Below are positions 35,508 through 39,287 of a stretch of DNA of 39,287 nt, one piece after another. Source of the DNA: Escherichia phage vB_EcoP_PAS61; the sequence record OQ921333.1. The stretch is one strand, 5' to 3'. Both the position numbers and the translations under genes were made by a program. A model generated the notes under the pieces. That model saw only the letters and a program-made list of their open reading frames with translations, ran no database searches and was not told where the DNA came from. Each line of letters starts with the position of its first letter. Within the stretch, counting starts at the first letter, position 1.

Positions 35508-37364
35508 ATGAAAGTTAATAACTTCAGATATGACATTAACGGATTAAGGGCATTAGCAGTTATCTCTGTTGTTGCTTATCATTTTTCTGCAGACTTCCTT
35601 CCTGGTGGATTTGTCGGTGTTGATGTATTTTTTGTCATATCCGGGTTTTTGATGACCTCAATTATTTTTAGAGGAATTAGCAATAATAACTTTTCTGTCT
35701 TTAATTTCCTGAAAGCCAGAGCGAAAAGGATAGTCCCTGCGCTAACATTTGTTGTTGGTTTGGTGCTGATCGGCGGATATCTTTGTTTTGATGCTATGTC
35801 ATATAAAATAGCTGGAGACCATGCGCTTTCAAGCCTGCTATTCTACTCTAATTATTTTTACGAGGCTGAAGCTGGGTACTTTGATGCTGAATCAAAAGCA
35901 AAGGTTCTTCTTCATACCTGGTCACTATCTGTTGAGTGGCAGTTTTATATAATATATCCGATTGTCTTGTTTTTCCTGAGCAAGGTAATTTCATTAAAGC
36001 AGTTAAAGATATTTATACTGGTGCTTGCCATAGCATCTTTTTCTTATTGCGTGTATGTGACAAAAGTAAACCCCATATCGTCTTACTTCATGATATATAG
36101 TAGGGCTTGGGAAATGATGCTCGGTGGCATCGCTTTTCTATACCCATTAAATGTTAATGAAAATAAGCGAAGATACATTGAATTCATTGGGCTGGCACTC
36201 ATAGTTGTTTCAATGATGGCAATTGATGATAAAACACCGTGGCCTGGAAAGATGGCGCTAATACCTGTCCTTGGTGCCTATCTTGTCATTCTTGCAAAAA
36301 GCAATAACACAATCCTGTCTGGAGAATTAATAAATAGACTAGGGCTGTGGTCTTATTCAATATATCTTATTCATTGGCCTGTGCTTGTTTTTTCACATAA
36401 AATGAACGTGGATTTACCATTTATATGGTATTTTTCATTTGTATTGATATTCTCATTTATAACATATGAGATAATTGAAAAAAGAAGAAGTTACGGAAGG
36501 GGTGCTGTTTTTGTTTTCATCATGGCTGTAGCAGCGTCGTGGTACGTTGGAATAGATGGTGTTGCTGACAGGATTAATAATCAGGAATACAAAATATCAA
36601 AACCGCAATTCAGGGCAAAATACGAAGGTCACCTTGGCATTCATTCAACAGAGGAAGTTAAGTATTTCAACAGTAATGAAAATAACTTTGAATACATCCT
36701 TATTGGTGATAGCCATGCCAGACACTACTATGCCTACATTCAGGATTCAGGTGCTAAGGTTGCATCGTTCGCAGTTGATGGGTGTGAGGTAACAAAGCAC
36801 TTTATGAGTCCCATTGGATGGTCAGAGAAGACAAGAGCTATGTGTGCCAGCAGGTATAAAAAAGCCGTTGACTTCATTAACTCACATCCAGGAAAGCCGG
36901 TTATATGGTCCATGCTATGGAGGGGTGGCGTGATCGGTGAGCCAATAAACGATGGTGAAACAAATCCAAACGACATTATCAGTGAGATGGCATTCTTCCT
37001 GGAAGACATCAAATCCTCTGGTTCTTCGCTATTTATTATTGGAGACACTCAGGGCAGTGACAGAATTATGTTCGAGTGTCTTGCAGGGCAAGATCTGCCA
37101 ATCAATAAGATACTTAATCGCTGTGAAACGACTCAGAAGGAAAAGAAATTCCCTATAAGTGAACGGTTTAAAGAATTTGCATCGAAGCACAGCAATGTTC
37201 ATTTTATCGATCCTACGCCAGCGTTATGCCGCGATGGTGAGTGCGTGATTGTTTATGATGGTATGCCTGTATATACCGATAACGATCACTTTACTAAACA
37301 ATGGTCTATTAATGTCGGTTCATTCATTTTCAATAAAATCAGAGAAACTCAACATACTGATTAA
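35508..37364 (+). CDS. Acyltransferase-3 family membrane O-acetyltransferase with C-terminal SGNH domain (OafA/Oac-like; likely O-antigen acetylation)
   Basis: RYDINGLRALAV..VV.YHF N-terminus typical of acyltransferase 3; multiple TM segments; C-terminal GDSHA SGNH motif; alternative TTG start at 35496. Confidence 0.85.
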   Translation: MKVNNFRYDINGLRALAVISVVAYHFSADFLPGGFVGVDVFFVISGFLMTSIIFRGISNNNFSVFNFLKARAKRIVPALTFVVGLVLIGGYLCFDAMSYKIAGDHALSSLLFYSNYFYEAEAGYFDAESKAKVLLHTWSLSVEWQFYIIYPIVLFFLSKVISLKQLKIFILVLAIASFSYCVYVTKVNPISSYFMIYSRAWEMMLGGIAFLYPLNVNENKRRYIEFIGLALIVVSMMAIDDKTPWPGKMALIPVLGAYLVILAKSNNTILSGELINRLGLWSYSIYLIHWPVLVFSHKMNVDLPFIWYFSFVLIFSFITYEIIEKRRSYGRGAVFVFIMAVAASWYVGIDGVADRINNQEYKISKPQFRAKYEGHLGIHSTEEVKYFNSNENNFEYILIGDSHARHYYAYIQDSGAKVASFAVDGCEVTKHFMSPIGWSEKTRAMCASRYKKAVDFINSHPGKPVIWSMLWRGGVIGEPINDGETNPNDIISEMAFFLEDIKSSGSSLFIIGDTQGSDRIMFECLAGQDLPINKILNRCETTQKEKKFPISERFKEFASKHSNVHFIDPTPALCRDGECVIVYDGMPVYTDNDHFTKQWSINVGSFIFNKIRETQHTD

Positions 37365-37465
37365 GATCCCTCCGTTATTTGGTATCTAGGTAACATGTAA
37401 CCACATATGGTTTATAGTGTATGATGAACTCACCAACTAAGGGGGTTCTTCATGCACATTAAACG

Positions 37466-37879
37466 GTGGTCGTTATGTCAGCCGGGCTAACCAGTGAGTC
37501 TTTAAATCAGTGGCTTAGCATGGGTTCGCTTGCTGCGGTAATCGCAGGAGTTCCGCCAGAGGTGGCGCTCGGCGCTCTGGCGGGTGCGGTAATTTTTGTT
37601 ACCTCGGCAGTCGAATACCCGATCCGCCGCCGGGTTCTCCTGTCGGTGCTCAGCTTCTTCTGCGGCCTTCTCTTCTACAAACCCACAGCAACATTCCTCA
37701 TCGGATTAGCTTCCTCTTTCCCTGGCATCACCACAGATATGTTTGAGAAAGGGGTTGCGTACTCAGCCGGCGCTTTCGTGTCAGCAATCGTCGCAGTGCG
37801 CATTGGCATCTGGCTTTATCACCGTTCCGACAATCCACGCGAGTTAATCCCGGGGAGAAAAGACGATGGTAACGCATGA
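37466..37879 (+). CDS. Holin-like membrane protein
   Basis: 137 aa with several hydrophobic helices, first gene of lysis cassette; GTG start (alternative ATG at 37475). Confidence 0.55.
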   Translation: MVVMSAGLTSESLNQWLSMGSLAAVIAGVPPEVALGALAGAVIFVTSAVEYPIRRRVLLSVLSFFCGLLFYKPTATFLIGLASSFPGITTDMFEKGVAYSAGAFVSAIVAVRIGIWLYHRSDNPRELIPGRKDDGNA

Positions 37880-38174
37880 GTTTTTTTTGCTTATCACCAA
37901 TGCAGTTATTTGTACTGGCATAGCAATTCGTGTTGTCACATTCCGGCGTAACGGATCTCAACATCGAAGATGGGGGGGGTGGCTTGCTTATTTCCTGATT
38001 GTTGCTGCGGCCAGTATTCCGGTTCGTGTTGCCTATGCAATCTGGTTCCGCACGCCAATGGCTGTGGATTTATCTGAGGTCATTATCAACGCTGTCATGC
38101 TCGCTGCGGTTATTAAAACGCGCGGTAACGTCGTTCAAATTTTCAAAGTATCGAGGTCTAAACATGGAGATTAA
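37866..38174 (+). CDS. Second small membrane protein (holin/antiholin-like)
   Basis: 102 aa, about 3 hydrophobic segments, overlaps neighbours at both ends. Confidence 0.5.
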   Translation: MVTHEFFLLITNAVICTGIAIRVVTFRRNGSQHRRWGGWLAYFLIVAAASIPVRVAYAIWFRTPMAVDLSEVIINAVMLAAVIKTRGNVVQIFKVSRSKHGD

Positions 38175-38793
38175 ACAATTCCAGCGAGCTGCTGGTATTA
38201 GCGAGGCGCTGGCCGCACGCTGGTTCTCGCATATAACTTCTGCGATGAAAGAGTTTGGTATCAGCAAACCAGAAGATCAGGCAATGTTTATTGCTCAGGT
38301 CGGGCATGAGTCTGGAGGCTTCACCCGGTTGCAGGAAAATTTCAACTACAGCGTCACCGGACTGGCTAACTTCGTTCGTGCCGGTCGTCTCACTCAGGGA
38401 CAAGCCAACGCACTGGGTCGCCGTGCTGGTGAACCACCATTGCCACTCGAGCGCCAGCGCGCGATCGCAAATCTGGTATACAGCAAACGCATGGGGAACA
38501 ATGCCCCCGGCGATGGCTGGAATTACCGAGGTCGCGGACTTATCCAGATTACCGGTTTGAATAACTATCGTGACTGCGGAAACGGCTTGAAAGTGGACTT
38601 GCTGGAGAATCCTGAACTGCTGGCGCAGGACGAATACGCGGCTCGTAGCGCGGCGTGGTTCTTTGCCAGCAAAGGATGCATGAAGTATACCGGTGATATT
38701 GCACGTGTAACTCTGATTATCAATGGTGGCCGGAACGGCATCGACGACCGGCGCGCGCGGTACGTCACTGCCAGTAAGGTGCTGGCTATATGA
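38164..38793 (+). CDS. Endolysin, glycoside hydrolase family 19 (chitinase-like lysozyme)
   Basis: [17 protein letters not shown]19 signature and [12 protein letters not shown] region; start moved to ATG after GAGG. Confidence 0.8.
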   Translation: MEIKQFQRAAGISEALAARWFSHITSAMKEFGISKPEDQAMFIAQVGHESGGFTRLQENFNYSVTGLANFVRAGRLTQGQANALGRRAGEPPLPLERQRAIANLVYSKRMGNNAPGDGWNYRGRGLIQITGLNNYRDCGNGLKVDLLENPELLAQDEYAARSAAWFFASKGCMKYTGDIARVTLIINGGRNGIDDRRARYVTASKVLAI

Positions 38794-39287
38794 TCTGGGC
38801 ATTCGTAAAAGCATATTGGAAACAGCTGCTTATCGTGTTGATGCTTGCTGCTCTGTTCATCGTCGGAGTGGTTGCCTGGAATATACACGGCAGCCGCCAG
38901 TACGATGCCGGGTATGCGCGGGCACAGGAAGATCAGAAACAGGCTGATGATAAGGCCAGGTCACAACGTGATCAGGAGAAAACACAAATTGAACGTGAAG
39001 CACAATACCGTATCGATGTGGCGCGTGTTGATGCTGAGCATGCTAATGCCGCTGCTGACAGCCTGCGCGCCGAGCTTGACAAAACCAAGCGACTCGCCGA
39101 ACACTATACCGGATCTTTCCCCACTGGCACGCCAGCCAGCAAGGTCATCGGTGTGCTCGCCGACATGCTTGAAGAAAGCAATCGAGTTTACAACGCAACA
39201 GCAGCTGAGGCTGAAAAGTATCGGATTGCAGGAGAATCCTGCGAACAGCAATACGATTCACTGAAGAAGCAAAAATCGTGGCACTGA
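38790..39287 (+). CDS. Rz-like i-spanin
   Basis: N-terminal TM segment then charged coiled-coil region; ATGA overlap with endolysin stop; embedded Rz1-like ORF. Confidence 0.7.
   Translation: MIWAFVKAYWKQLLIVLMLAALFIVGVVAWNIHGSRQYDAGYARAQEDQKQADDKARSQRDQEKTQIEREAQYRIDVARVDAEHANAAADSLRAELDKTKRLAEHYTGSFPTGTPASKVIGVLADMLEESNRVYNATAAEAEKYRIAGESCEQQYDSLKKQKSWH
39016..39264 (+). CDS. Rz1-like o-spanin lipoprotein embedded in +1 frame of Rz
   Basis: Signal/lipobox [17 protein letters not shown] followed by Pro-rich segment; start codon uncertain (39016 or 39031). Confidence 0.5.
   Translation: MWRVLMLSMLMPLLTACAPSLTKPSDSPNTIPDLSPLARQPARSSVCSPTCLKKAIEFTTQQQLRLKSIGLQENPANSNTIH

Larger units (their letters stand above)
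1..39287. mobile_element. Temperate phage / prophage genome (integrase, immunity, replication, packaging, T7-like virion module, tailspike, seroconversion gene, lysis cassette); right boundary not inside window
   Basis: Contiguous phage gene order from integrase at the left to Rz/Rz1 at the right; translationally coupled gene overlaps; no obvious host housekeeping genes. Confidence 0.85.

Overview
The window reads as a near-complete temperate phage (prophage) genome of about 39 kb with a mosaic layout. Left end (1-5.8 kb): a tyrosine integrase on the + strand followed by a minus-strand early-left operon (metallophosphatase, MT-A70-type adenine methyltransferase, AlpA/excisionase-like protein, RecT/Red-beta-like annealing protein, PD-(D/E)XK exonuclease). 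Immunity and replication (5.8-12.4 kb): a divergent repressor/Cro-like pair, O-like and lambda-P-like replication genes with iterons inside the O-like gene, then small accessory genes. Late region (12.4-32.5 kb): small and large terminase, a minus-strand moron plus a phage-borne tRNA-Arg(UCU), a T7 gp8-like portal, scaffold, major capsid, gp11/gp12-like tail tube proteins and large internal/ejection proteins. Right end (32.5-39.3 kb): a small minus-strand moron with its own palindromic operator, a tailspike with a T7 gp17-like N-terminus and beta-helix body, an AT-rich acyltransferase-3/SGNH O-antigen acetyltransferase (likely lysogenic conversion), and a lysis cassette (two holin-like proteins, GH19 endolysin, Rz with embedded Rz1). 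From memory this layout resembles epsilon15/phiV10-like podoviruses, but that is unverified without a database search. The most notable sequence-level observations are: (1) nine near-identical TTACC-N5-GGTAA palindromes, all intergenic, suggesting a dispersed operator set; (2) a perfect 12-bp palindrome GTGACATGTCAC present three times, each beside an intrinsic terminator at the end of a transcription unit; (3) a perfect in-frame 528-bp tandem duplication inside the portal gene; (4) the antisense tRNA-Arg(UCU)/moron island with about 420 bp of non-coding sequence between terminase and portal. All functional calls are from motif recognition by eye; no searches were run.
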